Origin: Antedon mediterranea
Taxonomy: Eukaryota > Animalia > Echinodermata
Assembly: GCF_964355755.1 (NCBI RefSeq)
Contig: NC_092671.1
Location: 19,840,001-19,904,000 of the forward strand
Length of the DNA: 64,000 nucleotides
Direction: 5' to 3'
In this document: piece after piece, positions 61,483 to 64,000 of the stretch
How the letters are laid out: the number at the start of each line of letters is the position of its first letter
Position numbering within the stretch: the first letter of the stretch is position 1
The notes under the pieces: generated by a model
The model's input: the letters and a program-made list of their open reading frames with translations, nothing else
Database searches by the model: none
Told to the model about the DNA's origin: nothing
Made by a program: the position numbers and the translations under genes

Positions 61483-62729
61483 AATGATCATTGCTCTCAA
61501 TCGTGTACTGTTAATTACATGCGGGGTTCCTCAAGGAAGTATCCTTGGACCCCTTTTGTTCTTATGTTTTGTTAATGACATGGTAACTTGTATTGATCCT
61601 GATTGTAAACTCCTTCTATACGCTGATGACAGTGCAATTGTTTATTCACACAGAAATCCAGATATTATTTCTAAGAAGCTAGGGTCAACACTAGACTCCT
61701 TGTGTGATTGGCTTGTGGACAATAAATTAACAATTAACATGGATAAAACTGAATGTATACTATTTGGTTCTAAGAGAAAAACTAAAAATGTTAACAATTT
61801 TAATGTCTCAACAAACGGTAATAATATCTACACTAGTAATTGTGTCAAGTATCTGGGTATTGAAATAGATCAAAATTTAACGTGTTCTGAATATGCATGT
61901 AAAACCATTAAGAAAATAAATAATAGGCTTAAGTTTATATACCGTCAACGTAAGATACTAAGTTGTAAGAATCGTAAACTATTATGCTCTACTCTCATCC
62001 AATGTGTTTTTGATTATGCTGCATCTTCTTGGTTCTGTGGAACCAGTAAAGCTATCCAAAGAAAACTACAAATTGCTCAAAACAAAATGGTTAGACTCAT
62101 AAAAGGAGTTGAACCCAGAAGACATATAGGTGCTGATCAATTAGACGATTATGGATTGAATATCGAGTAAAGTTCTTGCAAATTAGCCAAGTTCATAAGA
62201 TATTTATGGGCAGAAGTGCTTCATACCTAAATGAAAACTTTCGTAGAGTTAATAACTTACATGGTCACTTCACTCGTGGTAGTAAATTCAACTTCGTTGT
62301 ACCTAAAGTCCAAGGCATAGAATGCAATACATTCTATTTTAATGCAATCAGAGAATGAAATAACCTTCCTGACTATATTAAACAAATTTCCAACACATCT
62401 AAATTTAAAACTGAATTGAAACAATATTTCAAAATTAAACATATAAGGCGAAAGTAAATGTGCGAGTTGTTATCGCACGACATACAGGGACAGTATAATA
62501 TAAGAGTATAATATGTGCGGGTAATGTTTGTGTTGTTAAATTTTTAGATTTAAAGGAAGAATTTGTGAAAATCAAAATTAAATCTATGGCAATGAAATAT
62601 ATTAAGATCATTGTTGTAGGAACAAAATAAACATCAGGTACGGATATTTGTTAGAAACTGTAACAACAATTTATTTAAAAACTTTCCAGATTTGACAATG
62701 GAACTAAAATTAAAATTGTAACTATTTAC

Positions 62730-62868
62730 CTGCACAGCCGTAAAGTTCCATTCTCAAAGCAGGCCAACTACTCCAATCATATGGATAAATACGAATATAT
62801 TGAGCATATACAGGAGAAGAAAAAGAATTGGTCACAACACCATCTCCGTCAGTATTTCCTGGAAACCT
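62730..62868 (-). CDS. Host gene exon, F5/8 type C (discoidin) domain C-terminal half
   Basis: RFPGNTDGDGVVTNSFSSPVYAQYIRIYPYDWSSWPALRMELYGCA; ttttAG acceptor, GTAAAT phase-1 donor; missed by the ORF track. Confidence 0.88.
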
Positions 62869-62978
62869 CTAAAATTTATAAAATCATTTTTTTAAATATA
62901 TGGATATATTATCCCCCTAAAAGGTAATTTTTAAATTTTTCTTGCGGAATATGCCATTTTAATGCTACATAAAAAATA

Positions 62979-64000
62979 GGCCTGGGGGAGGGGTCTGATA
63001 AAAGAATACCCCCCACGAAAGCTCTGCGTGTCGTAAGAGGCGACTAAAGGAGGACTGCAGTAACAGCAGGGGGTCGGGCGCTGTTGGGTGGCACCAACAG
63101 GGTCATAAAACCGGCATATCCCCAAATACGTTCTGCAGTAGAGGCGAGTTTAGGCCGCCTCTAAATAGGCCTAGCCATGCCCTGCATTAGGCAGCAGTGA
63201 TGCAGTATGGGTGTCTCGGCGGAAGATCCATTTCTAGGACAACGGCAGACCTCAGCACACATTGTCAGGCAAGATGGTGATCCCATTTATGGCTGATAGA
63301 CTGCGGTGAAGAAGGCAACGGGAAACCACTTCACTATCATTTTTCCAAGAACAATTATGAAGTGTCACAATTCAAGAATGAAAGCTAACGGCGTAAAGGG
63401 GGTACATCCATCGTATGAAGGAGGATCCTCGCCCGGTAGGGTGACTCATGTGCGACAGGTGGAGCTTGACCGTCATCAAGCTACTGTCCGCAAGAGAAGT
63501 ACAATCAGACTAGGAACGTGGAATGTGAGGACCTTGTATCAAGATGGCAAACTTGAAAATGTTAAGCAGGAAATGATAAGACTCAATATCAATATATTAG
63601 GGATAAATGAAACTCATTGGACAAATAATGGTGAATTTATGATTGATAATTACAAGATGATTTACGCTGGAGGAGACAAACATGAAAAAGGTGTAGGGTT
63701 GCTTTTGGATGGTGATATGGCTAAATGTATGCTGGGCTATTGGTCTGTGAGTGAAAGAGTTATGCTGGTCAAACTGCAGGGACAACCCTTCAATATCTCT
63801 ATCATAGTGGTTTATGCACCTACAGCTGACAGCACAGATGAAGAGATAGATAACTTTTATGCGACCTTAGACCAGGCCAAATCCCAATGCAAATCAGATG
63901 AGATAAATTTCATCATGGGTGATCTGAATGCAAAGGTTGGCCATGAACAAGATGGAAACACAGTTGGAGAGCATGGGATGGGTGAAAGAAATGCGCGTGG
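62979..64000 (+). mobile_element. RTE (BovB-like) LINE 5' end with intact-looking ORF from 63357 running off the window
   Basis: GTWNVRTL, ILGINETHW, GVGLLL, VYAPT, MGDLNAKVG APE motifs; GAAGAAGGCAACGGGAAACCACT 5'UTR motif. Confidence 0.9.

Larger units (their letters stand above)
55940..62450 (+). mobile_element. Degenerate CR1/L2-clade LINE ORF2 (APE + RT), split by a footprint, a HINE and an antisense CR1
   Basis: HLNTRS, ISETW, GGGVC, GDFN, SDH; NYRPIS, DLKKAFD, GVPQGSILGPLLF, YADD. Confidence 0.9.

Overview
AT-rich eukaryotic (metazoan) genomic DNA. A marine invertebrate such as an echinoderm is inferred from the repeat landscape, not proven. Two convergent host genes are present. The first is the last exon of a + strand gene (1-1095; low-complexity, C-terminal SxIP). 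The second is a large - strand multi-exon gene (>62868 to ~7300), reconstructed from 13 phase-compatible exons: F5/8-C (discoidin) domain, beta-rich spacer, C-type lectin, Cys-rich module and an Asp-box-containing C-terminal region. Its introns are packed with nested transposons: Neptune- and Poseidon-type Penelope elements with hammerhead ribozymes, a full-length BEL/Pao LTR element, CR1/L2-type and RTE LINEs, tRNA- and Deu-type SINEs, Helitron and Helentron/HINE copies, and non-autonomous Academ, Harbinger, Merlin-like, Kolobok-like and IS3EU-like elements. Three observations stand out. (i) A 16-kb non-coding foldback palindrome has ~3.9-kb arms and a 7-bp TSD. (ii) Six or seven 25-36-bp hairpins, each flanked by a 7-bp GTWNWAC-like duplication, look like P/Galileo excision footprints. 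(iii) Recurrent polymorphic TA->TAGGCCTA and TA->TACGGTA micro-insertions suggest the GGCCTA-rich fields are built from accumulated transposon footprints. All family calls come from motifs read by eye, without database searches.
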